64,000 nt of DNA from Candidatus Bathyarchaeota archaeon (GCA_963815095.1 CAWFFH010000003.1:1408001-1472000); one strand, 5' to 3'. Shown: positions 52,190 through 61,437, numbered from the stretch's first letter. Translations and numbers: made by a program. Notes: generated by a model not told the origin, from the sequence alone.

Positions 52190-52337
52190 AAACAGGGAAT
52201 TGTGTTCCCGTTAAGGAAACGTTTAGCTGGGTCAACTTTGGGAGGACTCGGCGGCTTCAGAGCCCACCTGGAATTGCCTTAGCGGGTCTAATACCAAAAC
52301 GTGCTTTGATCCGCTAAACGTTCGATCCTCCTTTTTT
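52190..52337 (+). ncRNA. Candidate structured non-coding RNA
   Basis: GC-rich island in AT-rich intergenic DNA, with nested helices using G-U pairs on the + strand, an upstream TTTATC and a T-run at the 3' end. Confidence 0.5.
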
Positions 52338-52526
52338 ATTTACAAAACCTACAGTTGGTAATCAGACCGATTAACCACAAGCCGCCCAATTAACGTAGAG
52401 ACTTTAAAGAAGGCAAAAAACATAAAAAAAGGGGAAGATGTGCGATAGATATCTCCATTTACTTGAAAATTGTTTTAATAAGGCGCCCTTCAATATTGTG
52501 AACGCTTCAAATAGAGGCAAATTATC

Positions 52527-54443
52527 TTGTTAATCCAAGAAGTTATACTTGAAAATTTCATGAGTTACGAATATGCCCGAGTACCTTTCAAAAAGGGCGT
52601 TAACATAATTGGAGGTCCTAATGGCGCAGGAAAATCCTCCCTTTTACTCGCCATCTCCGTTGGTTTGGGGCAAACCTATACTGAACGGTCCCGAAAACTT
52701 AGTGATTTAATTCGCTGGGGACAAGACCAAGCCAGAGTAACCCTCATTTTAGATAACAGCAAGCAAGGCAACAAAAGACCTGTTTCCAAATACAGCAAAG
52801 ACCAACTTTTCCTGACCCGTGTTTTGCGTCGTGACGGAAAGTACTTTTTTGAACTTGAAAACCGTGTCGCAAGCAAACAAGATATTGAACGATTACTCGG
52901 CAAGTTTGGCGTTGACCCGGACAACATGCTAATCATCATGCATCAGAACATGGTGGAGCAATTCAGCGTTCTGAGCAACGTTGAGAAACTGCGTATGGTT
53001 GAAGCTGCCGTGGGTTTGGAGCCTTTCCGCGAGAACGTCGTGCAAGCCAAAACCAAACTCATGCGTATTCTAAACCAGGAAGAATCAGTCAGCAAACTCC
53101 TCGAGCAAGCAGAGCAAACCCTCCACTATTGGCACGAACAATACGAGAAATACCAAGAGAAAAAACAGTTGCAGCTTAAACGCCGCTTTCTGGACCGTGA
53201 ACTGGTTTGGGCGGAAGTGGAAAAACGCGAAGGCACAATCAAGGCGCTGCAGACAAACTTTAACAAAAACCAGCAAGCATTGGGCAAAATTGAGGATGAC
53301 AGGCAAAAACTAATTGGCGAGTTGGATGAGCAACAAGCTGAAGTGCAAGTGCTTAAAAAAGAAACCAGCGTCGTTTTTGGTGAGCGCTTAAGTTTAGAGC
53401 GGCAAATTGCCCAGAGTGAATCTACTCTGTCTTTGATTGAACAGTTTTTGTCAGAAGCTCAAGCCTTAGAATCCACAGTTGGCAAAAACCAGCTTAAACT
53501 TCTAAGAAGCGAAAACCTCAAACAAATAGTGGAAAAGTCCAAAGAGCAAATCATAAAGGCAAACGAAAAAATCAAGGATAACCAGAAAAACCTTCAGAAA
53601 CTTGAGGGTTCAACTGAGAAAAACTCGTCTGAAGCATTGGATAAACGTGTTACATTGGGTTTGCTTGAGTTTAAGCGGGCCAACGCCATTGTAGAAATGA
53701 AAAATATTGAGAAGCAGATTCGGGAAGCTCAAGAAAACTTGAATGCTGCAATTTTGAAGGCGCAGCAATGTGGCGAGCGAATAGCCGTCTTAAAAACAAA
53801 TGCTGAAATTCAAGATGAAATAGGATTAACTAACGGACACTTAGCGGCGCTTGCCGACGTTTCTGAAGATATCGAGCGTCAGTACGAATCGTACTCTAAG
53901 CTTTACGTGGAGCTTAAAGAGAAAGCGCAGTTGGTTGCTGAAAACCGCGAGAAAACCCTTGAAGAAGTCAAAACCCGAATGCACTCATGGCGCACCGTTA
54001 TGGAAAACTTACTTGAACGGGTAAACGTTGAATACCAAAAAATCATGGCTCAAACAAGGGCAACTGGAGAAGTGAAGCTTTCAAGTGCTCAAGATATTGA
54101 AACTGCTGGGCTTGAAATTTACGTCGGTTTCAAGGGAAGCAAACCCGTAGCATTGGATGCATACACTCAAAGCGGCGGAGAACGAACTACAGCCACAATG
54201 GGTTTCCTTCTTGCTTTACAGCAACATGTCCGCTCACCCTTCCGCGCCGTGGACGAATACGATATTCACATGGATCCCAAAAACCGCGAAATGATCGCCA
54301 AAGTCTTGGTTGCATTGATTAAAGATGCCAGCGCTCAATACGTGGTGATTACTCCAAGCCAAATCACTTTTGCCCAGCAAGATGCCAACGTTATTACGGT
54401 GCAAAATTTGGAAGGGAAATCAGTTGTGCGTGAGGTTGCCTAA
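52527..54443 (+). CDS. Short, hinge-less SMC5/6-like (coalescin/ClsN-like) ATPase
   Basis: LENFMSY, GPNGAGKSS, Q-loop MHQ, coiled coil, QSGGER and SPFRAVDEYDIHMDPKNR motifs. Confidence 0.85.
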   Translation: MLIQEVILENFMSYEYARVPFKKGVNIIGGPNGAGKSSLLLAISVGLGQTYTERSRKLSDLIRWGQDQARVTLILDNSKQGNKRPVSKYSKDQLFLTRVLRRDGKYFFELENRVASKQDIERLLGKFGVDPDNMLIIMHQNMVEQFSVLSNVEKLRMVEAAVGLEPFRENVVQAKTKLMRILNQEESVSKLLEQAEQTLHYWHEQYEKYQEKKQLQLKRRFLDRELVWAEVEKREGTIKALQTNFNKNQQALGKIEDDRQKLIGELDEQQAEVQVLKKETSVVFGERLSLERQIAQSESTLSLIEQFLSEAQALESTVGKNQLKLLRSENLKQIVEKSKEQIIKANEKIKDNQKNLQKLEGSTEKNSSEALDKRVTLGLLEFKRANAIVEMKNIEKQIREAQENLNAAILKAQQCGERIAVLKTNAEIQDEIGLTNGHLAALADVSEDIERQYESYSKLYVELKEKAQLVAENREKTLEEVKTRMHSWRTVMENLLERVNVEYQKIMAQTRATGEVKLSSAQDIETAGLEIYVGFKGSKPVALDAYTQSGGERTTATMGFLLALQQHVRSPFRAVDEYDIHMDPKNREMIAKVLVALIKDASAQYVVITPSQITFAQQDANVITVQNLEGKSVVREVA

Positions 54444-55270
54444 TGCAGTCAACCAAACACGACAAGAAACTGGGCACAGAAAAACTCGAACGCATAATCG
54501 AAATGTGCATTGCCATAGAAAACCACCAAGTCGAGCCCTTCACGTTAAACGTTGATGAAATCATCAAGATTGTTAAGCAGTATTTTCCAAATTGGGAAAA
54601 CCCCGACGAATTAAAACTCGACGCAGAAGCTCTCCACCACTTAGCCTCAGTAATCAAAATGCAGAGCGAATGGGTAAAACAGCGCTCAAACTCACTCTAC
54701 ACCGACCCATTTCTCCTTGAAGAAAAAATCCGCGAAACGAGCAAGGAAGGAATGGTCGAAGTTTTTTTGGGCGCTTGGAGTCCGCTAGTTGAGTTTGAGC
54801 AGCTGAGTCTCCATAGCTTGGCACAGGGTTTGCTTTACTGGGAAGCGTTGGCTCCTATGGGTGATCGATGGAAAGACATAGATGTTTCCCAAGTTACCAT
54901 GGGCTCAGTGAGCCGCGACGAACTTGTTAAGCAGCGCGTTTTAAGCGATCGAGAATTCTCAGAGGACCTGGAGTGTTACTGGCAGGAACTCAAAATTAAA
55001 GTCACAGAAAAAGGAGTATGTGGCAAGATTGCTTATTGGGATTTCATCGGTGCAGACACGTATGAAGATACCGTGAACCGAGCTTTCCTAACTGCTTTTC
55101 TGATAACTTATGGTTATGGAACGTTGGAGATCGACCGCTTGGAAGAAACCATGTTCATTCTTCCCTTCGATAAACCCAGAAAAGAAGCATTAACAGAGCA
55201 ATCCAGGTCGGTTCCCATTGCGGTTTCAGTTGAAGATTGGCAAAAATGGAAACGAGGCGAACAAATTTGA
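54443..55270 (+). CDS. Kleisin-like (ScpA/Nse4-like) protein
   Basis: N-terminal VEPFTLNVDEI..AEALHHLASVIKMQS and C-terminal AFLTAFLITYGYGTLE..MFI resemble the kleisin domains. TAATG coupling to smc. Confidence 0.6.
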   Translation: MQSTKHDKKLGTEKLERIIEMCIAIENHQVEPFTLNVDEIIKIVKQYFPNWENPDELKLDAEALHHLASVIKMQSEWVKQRSNSLYTDPFLLEEKIRETSKEGMVEVFLGAWSPLVEFEQLSLHSLAQGLLYWEALAPMGDRWKDIDVSQVTMGSVSRDELVKQRVLSDREFSEDLECYWQELKIKVTEKGVCGKIAYWDFIGADTYEDTVNRAFLTAFLITYGYGTLEIDRLEETMFILPFDKPRKEALTEQSRSVPIAVSVEDWQKWKRGEQI

Positions 55271-55908
55271 GCAGTAAGAAAAAAGGCGTCTACGGAAGCA
55301 AAGTCAAGAAAGCAACCCAAATGCTCTTTTACAAAAGGCACCAAAAACCAGGCGTAAAAGGCTGGGAACTCCACAAAGCATTAGGCTCGGACTATCCCAA
55401 AGTAATCGACTTGCTTGAGGATTATCTAAAGCCACTGGATTTGCAGGTTAAAGTGGTCTTTGAAGAAGAAAAAACACCTGAAAAACCAACCGTCGAAGAG
55501 CTTGATAAAGCACGATTCTTCGTTGCACTATCAAGTGGCACAGTTGCTAAAGATAAATTGATGGGTTGGCGCGTTGACGATTTAGCAGGTTTAGCCATAA
55601 CAATATCTTACATAATCAGCAAGAAAGGCCAAGCTGCACGCAAAGACATCGAAAAAATGCTAAGCGAAAAAATGCCAAATTGGAAGATAGGCCTAAACCT
55701 TGACCGATACATCCGCTACGGCTATCTAATGCAGGATGAGAAGGGACAACTGTTTTTGGATTGGCGAACAAGAGCCGAAGTAGACCAGAAAGCCCTAATC
55801 AACATGCTGCTTAACGCAGAAAAACAAACAGAAGAAGCCGCTGAACCCGCGCAAGAGTCAGAAGAATCTGATGAAGCAGAAACTGAAGTTGAAGAGGAAG
55901 ACACTTAA
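55237..55908 (+). CDS. KITE-like tandem winged-helix protein (ScpB/Nse1/Nse3-like) with acidic tail
   Basis: Two wHTH-sized units. LDRYIRYGYL..GQLFLDWRTRAEV is Nse1-like. Overlaps the preceding gene. Confidence 0.55.
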   Translation: MAKMETRRTNLSSKKKGVYGSKVKKATQMLFYKRHQKPGVKGWELHKALGSDYPKVIDLLEDYLKPLDLQVKVVFEEEKTPEKPTVEELDKARFFVALSSGTVAKDKLMGWRVDDLAGLAITISYIISKKGQAARKDIEKMLSEKMPNWKIGLNLDRYIRYGYLMQDEKGQLFLDWRTRAEVDQKALINMLLNAEKQTEEAAEPAQESEESDEAETEVEEEDT

Positions 55909-55947
55909 ACTCTTTCGTCCCCGATTTGTTTTTTGTTTATTAGGCTT

Positions 55948-56115
55948 TTAATTCTTTGATTTTTTGAAGAACACAAAAAGCCCAATAGCGGCTACTGTTA
56001 CTGAGGCTAATGGGGCGACCACTTGACCCGCCGGCATTGACCCAAAGACAGACACAAGCACTCCTATCCCTATTAGAGTAGCCAGAACTAAGCCTAGAAC
56101 TACCCAAGTGTTCAT
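55948..56115 (-). CDS. Small two-TM membrane protein (55 aa, not in the ORF track)
   Basis: GGAGG SD. MNTWVVLGLVLATLIGIGVLVSVFGSMPAGQVVAPLASVTVAAIGLFVFFKKSKN. Confidence 0.65.
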   Translation of the reverse strand: MNTWVVLGLVLATLIGIGVLVSVFGSMPAGQVVAPLASVTVAAIGLFVFFKKSKN

Positions 56116-56166
56116 GCGTATCTGCTCCTAAGATTTGTTTGAATGTTTGAGTCTAAAAGCTTTTTT

Positions 56167-56225
56167 GTCAAGGTTTCTTGACTAACTTGGAAAATGTTTA
56201 GTCAAACTTTCTTGACTAACCAAAA
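56167..56225. repeat. Two tandem copies (34-bp period) of GTCAA(GG/AC)TTTCTTGACTAAC
   Basis: Copies at 56167-56186 and 56201-56220. Each contains the GTCAA-N6-TTGAC palindrome. Confidence 0.75.
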
Positions 56226-56286
56226 CCTCACTTAACAATTGCTGCTTTAAATAAGGAGGGTTAACTAAAAAAAGGGTGCGCAAATA

Positions 56287-56853
56287 CTACGAAGATAGCA
56301 CCGCAACATAACAATTGATTTCGTCTTCATCCACGAAATCAACAGTCTCCATTCTTGAAGCGTCCACGATGTCCATGAATTTATCAAGCGAAAAAGCTTT
56401 TTTTAACCCGGTTACCACAACCCTGCCACTCTTTTTGGTGACGCGTTTGAGCTCCAGCAAAGTTACAGTTGGCTTGGGCATGTTCTGAAAAACAGTAAAA
56501 GCAAAAACAAACCCAAAAAGACAATTTGAAAAAGGTAAATGGTCCGCATCCGCCTGCAAAACAAAGGTATTCTGGGACGCTTTAGCGCGTTCTTTCGCTT
56601 TTAACAGAAGATTATGAGAAACATCAACACCCACAACCATGCCTGCTTGAGCCTCAACTTCCTTGAAAAATAAACCTGAACCACACCCCACATCTAATAC
56701 AGCCTTATTCGTTACATCGACTTTTTCAAGTGCTTTTGTGTACTTCCTCCTTTGCTCATCCGTATACTGCTCATCATAACTATCTGCAGTCACATTGTAA
56801 CGCAGCATTACTTTGCGTTTGTTTCTCCAACCCATTGGTGCTAGTTCCTTCAA
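56287..56853 (-). CDS. Class I SAM-dependent methyltransferase
   Basis: VLDVGCGSG, GVDVS and ADADHLPF motifs. Confidence 0.9.
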   Translation of the reverse strand: MKELAPMGWRNKRKVMLRYNVTADSYDEQYTDEQRRKYTKALEKVDVTNKAVLDVGCGSGLFFKEVEAQAGMVVGVDVSHNLLLKAKERAKASQNTFVLQADADHLPFSNCLFGFVFAFTVFQNMPKPTVTLLELKRVTKKSGRVVVTGLKKAFSLDKFMDIVDASRMETVDFVDEDEINCYVAVLSS

Positions 56854-56900
56854 GAATTCTTATGTACCCAATGCCTGACTAAAATAGTTGGCGAAACACG

Positions 56901-57689
56901 ATGCAACAACAAAACAAACTCGCAGTGCAAACGGAACCCACATTAGCGGATGCTGCTGTACTGATTGAGAAAGCGTTTGCGCAAAGAAGAACCCTAATCG
57001 TTGCAGGAAATTGCCATGTGCATTATGCTGGCAGAGCAAACTCTAAACTTGAACCCGGCGAACGTCTACTAATTATCAAATCCGACGGCTCACTGCTTGT
57101 GCATCGACCAGTCGGCTACGAACCTGTCAATTGGCAGCCTGCCGGAAGCATTTTCCATGTCCAAGTCAAAGATGGCGAGCTGGAGGTTCATGGGGTTCGC
57201 CAGAAACCTCGGGAGAGCGTTCGTGTTGCATTCGACAAAATCTTAATGGTTTCTGCCCTTAATCTCTCTGATTCAGGCGACTTCCTGTTGCACGCCAGCG
57301 AAGACGACATGCACCGAGCAATCCTTTTGAAGCCTGAACTTCTCGAGGAAGGTTTTAAGCCAATTAGTTGGGAGAAAAAAGTTGAGCCAGGATTTGTAGA
57401 TATTTATGGTGAAGACAAAAATGGTAAGCTCGTTATAGTTGAAGTTAAACGCAAAACGGCTTCAAAAGAGGCTGCGTTGCAGCTGGCAAAGTATATTGAA
57501 CCCATCAAAGCCAAAGTTAACCGTGATGTACGCGCCATTTTGGCTGCCCCCAGCCTTGGTAAAGATGTTCAGCGCGTGCTGGTGACTCTTGGTCTTGAGT
57601 ACAAGATGTTGGATCCAAAAGTCTGCGCTGAAGTGCTAAAAAAAACTGAGAATTCAAAGTTGGAGACTTTTTTTAGCCAAGAAACCTAA
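56901..57689 (+). CDS. nucS: Mismatch-specific endonuclease NucS/EndoMS
   Basis: YAGRA, IKSDGSLLVH, PVNWQP and VDI..VEVKR..QL motifs. Confidence 0.93.
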   Translation: MQQQNKLAVQTEPTLADAAVLIEKAFAQRRTLIVAGNCHVHYAGRANSKLEPGERLLIIKSDGSLLVHRPVGYEPVNWQPAGSIFHVQVKDGELEVHGVRQKPRESVRVAFDKILMVSALNLSDSGDFLLHASEDDMHRAILLKPELLEEGFKPISWEKKVEPGFVDIYGEDKNGKLVIVEVKRKTASKEAALQLAKYIEPIKAKVNRDVRAILAAPSLGKDVQRVLVTLGLEYKMLDPKVCAEVLKKTENSKLETFFSQET

Positions 57690-57692
57690 AAG

Positions 57693-58162
57693 CTATTTAC
57701 AGTTTGGATTTGCTCTCCAAGTCAAGGTGCTAAAGATTGAGAGAAAAAATAGAGAAGCCAAGATTGCGGCTTTAAGAAAGGTAAATGCTTGAATGGTAGA
57801 CAAGAGCAGGATCGCGGCTGGAAATGGGCCGATCAAAACATAGAAGAAGATGGTTATTGGCAAGCCATAGGTTTTTTTGTAGTCTTTGAGGCTGCGTTTC
57901 CCAAAATACAACGCTGCCAACCTTCCTAAACCAAACGTGCATTTCTTGCAGTTATAGCAAGGACGAAGACACCCTAGAAATTTTAGGGTGCCATAAATAC
58001 CGATGAGCGCAACCAAGAAAAATATTGCTCCAGCAGCCAAATTGAAGGCCCAAACCCTATAATGTCAAGTGTTATCCAGATGACTAATGCAATATTGCCT
58101 ATTATTGTGAAGGTTTTAGGGAACTCGATCGTTTCGCAGATTCTTTCGCTTCCAGTCAGCAT
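57693..58162 (-). pseudogene. Cys-motif membrane protein split by a 1-bp frameshift
   Basis: The ATG 58162 frame (MLTGSERICETIEFPK..LDIIGF) joins the 57693-58040 ORF (CLRPCYNCKKC) if one T is added at ~58052. Confidence 0.6.
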
Positions 58163-58299
58163 AGTGTTGAAAGATAGACAAGAAGTTTCTACTACAACGC
58201 TAATACTTGCTGAGTTTCAACATATTAAATGTACAAAAACTTTTGACTGTTGAAAAGGAAAATTTGCAAGCAAGCGCAAAGAAACTTGCTTTAATTTGA

Positions 58300-58866
58300 T
58301 TATTCTTTTTGTTTGCCGTTTTCTTCAGGAACCAAGACAGCTGCGGAAACAGTTGTGGTCCAGAGGCCGTTTTTGTCGCCGGCTGCAGATTGGGTTGTGT
58401 TGGCAGTTTTAATAATTAGGCCGGTGGTTTTGAAGAGTTGTTTGCGTTCGTCCCATGCGGTTTCTGGGTCAAATTGGATACCCATGGTTGTTGCAAGCAT
58501 GGTTGCGGCGAGGTCTTCTGCGTAGTCGCCTGCTGTTTCGTCGGTTTGTCCGTAGGAGTGGTGTTCAGAGAGGTAGCCGTATTGGTTTTTGCCTGAGGGA
58601 ATGGCTACGCCGATGGATGATGCGACAAGTCTGTGGGGTTCGTTGGTTGCGTTGCGGGCGATGACGACAAAGGTGATTTCGCCTGGATGAATCATCTTTA
58701 AGCCTTTTTCTCGTGTAAGCAGTTCGCATCCGGGTGGGACAATGCTGGATACGGCAACAAGGTTGCACATTTGGATGCCTGCATCTCGCAGGGCTAATTC
58801 GAATGATTGGAGTTGTTCTTTATGTTTACCAACTCCTTTGGTGAAAAAGAAATATTTTGGTATCAT
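58300..58866 (-). CDS. pdaD: Pyruvoyl-dependent arginine decarboxylase
   Basis: [21 protein letters not shown] self-cleavage site and GYLSEHH. Confidence 0.92.
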   Translation of the reverse strand: MIPKYFFFTKGVGKHKEQLQSFELALRDAGIQMCNLVAVSSIVPPGCELLTREKGLKMIHPGEITFVVIARNATNEPHRLVASSIGVAIPSGKNQYGYLSEHHSYGQTDETAGDYAEDLAATMLATTMGIQFDPETAWDERKQLFKTTGLIIKTANTTQSAAGDKNGLWTTTVSAAVLVPEENGKQKE

Positions 58867-59006
58867 GTTAGTGTCGGAAAATAGGATTACTGAATGTATT
58901 TATTAGGCTTTTGTTTTAAAAATCATAACTACAAATATTGGTCCCTTTCATATCAGGCTGTTGATTAAATTATTTGCTGAAGGGCAATGTTCTAACCAGA
59001 TTTGGC

Positions 59007-59804
59007 TTAACCTATTTGGAAAGCACGCATCGAAACTGAACCATTCTGGAACCCTTCGTGGATAAATTTTAGCGTTTCATCTTTTCTTTGTAGTCCAATT
59101 GTGTAAATCATTGGCAGATAATGATCCTGTGTAGGTACTGCGTAACTTGCCTCTTTTCCCAAGGAATGATAATTGATCAGACCTTTGTGATTTCCAGAAA
59201 CCAAACACTGCTTAACTCGCTCATCAAATTTTACGGCCCAATCAAAAGGTTTGGCATCCATGTCAAAATCGATAAGTCCCAAGTTGTGAACAATGTTACC
59301 GCTGCCAATGATGAGCACGCCTTTCTCTCTTAGTGGAGCAAGCTCTGAGCCTAAATTGTAATGAAATTCAAGAGGCTTCGGGTTCCAATCGTTATATGAA
59401 TAATCTAGACTCATTTCAAAAACTGGGATATCAGCAGCTGGATACATATGCTTTAAGACTGCCCAAGCAGCATGATCTAATCCCCAGTTTCCACACCCAA
59501 TCTGAGCAGACTTTCCCGCCTTGATGGTTAATTGAGCATTTTCCGGTGAACCAGGACTTGGATACTTGAGTTGATATAATTCTTCAGGAAAGCCATAGAA
59601 GTCATAGATAGTCTTTGGTTTTTCCACACAAGTCACAAATGTTCCTTGTGTTAACCAATGAGCTGATATCACCAGTATAGCTTTTGGCTTAGGAATTTCT
59701 TTGGCTGCTTTAACCAGACTATCAGTATAGCTATTTTTGAGAACAATGTTCATGGGCGAGCCATGACCAACAAAGAGAACAGGCAAATTTTTAGTTGTAT
59801 CCAT
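59007..59804 (-). CDS. LigB-family extradiol dioxygenase (YgiD / DOPA 4,5-dioxygenase-like)
   Basis: FVGHGSPM, ISAHW, YDFYGFP, GLDH, GSGNIVHNL and PT.DHYLP motifs. Confidence 0.9.
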   Translation of the reverse strand: MDTTKNLPVLFVGHGSPMNIVLKNSYTDSLVKAAKEIPKPKAILVISAHWLTQGTFVTCVEKPKTIYDFYGFPEELYQLKYPSPGSPENAQLTIKAGKSAQIGCGNWGLDHAAWAVLKHMYPAADIPVFEMSLDYSYNDWNPKPLEFHYNLGSELAPLREKGVLIIGSGNIVHNLGLIDFDMDAKPFDWAVKFDERVKQCLVSGNHKGLINYHSLGKEASYAVPTQDHYLPMIYTIGLQRKDETLKFIHEGFQNGSVSMRAFQIG

Positions 59805-59904
59805 TTTACCTTGCCTTACTTTTAACTATAAACACTTACTCTAAAACAGTTTAGTCTATCTAAGCTAAAGAGATTTCTTTATTTGAAATACAAACTTATA
59901 CATT

Positions 59905-59920
59905 TATGTTTTAAAACATA
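59905..59920. promoter_or_regulatory. Perfect palindrome TATGTTTTAAAACATA in the cdc6 promoter
   Basis: 16-bp palindrome immediately 3' of the TATA-like CTTATACA. Confidence 0.5.
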
Positions 59921-59963
59921 GTATTACCCAAAAAAACAATACTTTACCTGAAGGAAAAACCGT

Positions 59964-61154
59964 TTGGCGCCGCAACAAAGTGTGTTCAAAGACGAATCAA
60001 AACTCGACATAAACTACATCCCAGCAAAGCTGCCGCACCGCGAAACCCAACACCGCCTCCTCATGGAATTCTTCAACTTCATTTTGCGTTGTCCAGAACG
60101 CATGGCACAACGAGTCATATTAACAGGTGATGTAGGCACTGGAAAAACTGCTCTCGCCCAACATTTTGGAGCAAACATCACCTCAGAATCCAACAAACGA
60201 GGAATAAAATTTCGTTATGTCCACGTTAACTGCCGCGAATACCGAGGAAGCCTCTCGCCGATTCTGCATTGCGCGGTCACCGTTTTCCGTCCTAACTACC
60301 CCGCCCGCGGGTATGGTTCCGAAGAAATCTTGGGAACTCTCATGCAGGTTTTGGACGAAGAAAACGCCACAATGATTCTCACCCTTGATGAATTTGATAG
60401 CTTGATCGAGAAGGAAGGCTCCGACGCCGTGTACAAACTGACACGGTTGCAGGAGATGCGGCAAGGCAAACCACAGCGGCTATCGTTCATCTTTATTATG
60501 CGTGACTTAGCGGCAATTGAACCGCTAGATGAGAGCGCTAAAAGCACGCTACAACGTAGCATCATTCGATTAGAGCGTTATGGAAAACCGCAACTCATCG
60601 ACATCTTAAAAGACCGTGTCACCATGGCGTTTGAGTTGGGCGCGGTGCCCGAGGATGTGGTGGATTTGATTGCGGAGTTGGCTTTCACGGAGACTGGCAA
60701 TGCCCGCTTCGGAATTGAATTGTTGTGGAGATCAGGCAAATACGCTGACGCCGAAGACGCAGGTGCCGTAGAACCCGAGTGTGTTCGACTAGCAGTTTCT
60801 TCAATTATTCCTGGTTTACGTCGCAGTGAGTTGTCAACTTTGGGTTTGCATGAGAAGTTGTTCTTGCTTGCCGTTGCGCGTTACTTTAAGGAAAACGAGC
60901 AAGCCTATGTTTCTCTCTCTGAAATTGAGAAAGCCTATGCGGTTGCATGCGAAGAATTCGACGAGACACCTAACGGTCATACACAAATTTGGAACTACGC
61001 CCAATACCTCTCAAAACTCGGCATAATAAAAGCAGAGACAGCAACTGCCGAAACACGCGGACGCACAACAAAACTTTCTTTGCCAACCATCCCAGCGGGT
61101 GAATTGGAGAAGGAATTAACTGCGAGTTTGCAATCCAAAACAGAGCGAGCGTGA
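59964..61154 (+). CDS. cdc6: Orc1/Cdc6 replication initiator
   Basis: YIPAKLPHRE, GDVGTGKT, VHVNC, LDEFD, GNAR and C-terminal wHTH. Confidence 0.92.
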   Translation: MAPQQSVFKDESKLDINYIPAKLPHRETQHRLLMEFFNFILRCPERMAQRVILTGDVGTGKTALAQHFGANITSESNKRGIKFRYVHVNCREYRGSLSPILHCAVTVFRPNYPARGYGSEEILGTLMQVLDEENATMILTLDEFDSLIEKEGSDAVYKLTRLQEMRQGKPQRLSFIFIMRDLAAIEPLDESAKSTLQRSIIRLERYGKPQLIDILKDRVTMAFELGAVPEDVVDLIAELAFTETGNARFGIELLWRSGKYADAEDAGAVEPECVRLAVSSIIPGLRRSELSTLGLHEKLFLLAVARYFKENEQAYVSLSEIEKAYAVACEEFDETPNGHTQIWNYAQYLSKLGIIKAETATAETRGRTTKLSLPTIPAGELEKELTASLQSKTERA

Positions 61155-61158
61155 GCGC

Positions 61159-61425
61159 ATGGAAATAGAGGAAGTTTTTTCTTCAAAATCTCGCGTGAAA
61201 ATCTTAAAACTCGTCTATCAACTGGGGCAACTTAATGTTTCAGATGTTGCTAGGCGATTAAAACTGAATTTTGCCTCAACCAGTGAGCACCTGAAAGTTT
61301 TGGAGTCTGAGGAGATTTTGCAGGAGCGCACTTATGGTCGTGTTCGCATGTACAGGTTTAATGAGGGTTCAGCAAAAGCTAAAGCAGTGCAAAACCTATT
61401 AGACGTTTGGGAACAGGATAAGTAA
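61159..61425 (+). CDS. ArsR-like winged-helix protein
   Basis: SRVKILK..LNVSDVARRL..HLKVLE..GRVRMY. Confidence 0.85.
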   Translation: MEIEEVFSSKSRVKILKLVYQLGQLNVSDVARRLKLNFASTSEHLKVLESEEILQERTYGRVRMYRFNEGSAKAKAVQNLLDVWEQDK

Positions 61426-61437
61426 GGTTGATTTAGC

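Noticed and set aside
52527-55908. Wadjet/MksBEFG or Rad50-Mre11 system
   Set aside because: No Toprim JetD or Mre11 nuclease is adjacent, the SMC is first and short, and there is no zinc hook.
56167-56225. Mini-CRISPR array or integron attC
   Set aside because: Only two 20-bp units with a 14-nt gap, too short for a spacer. GACTAAC/GTTAGTC does not fit RYYYAAC/GTTRRRY. Kept as a palindromic repeat.
59805-59963. Replication origin next to cdc6
   Set aside because: Short AT-rich gap with no ORB-like TTCCAxTGGAAA or G-string repeats.
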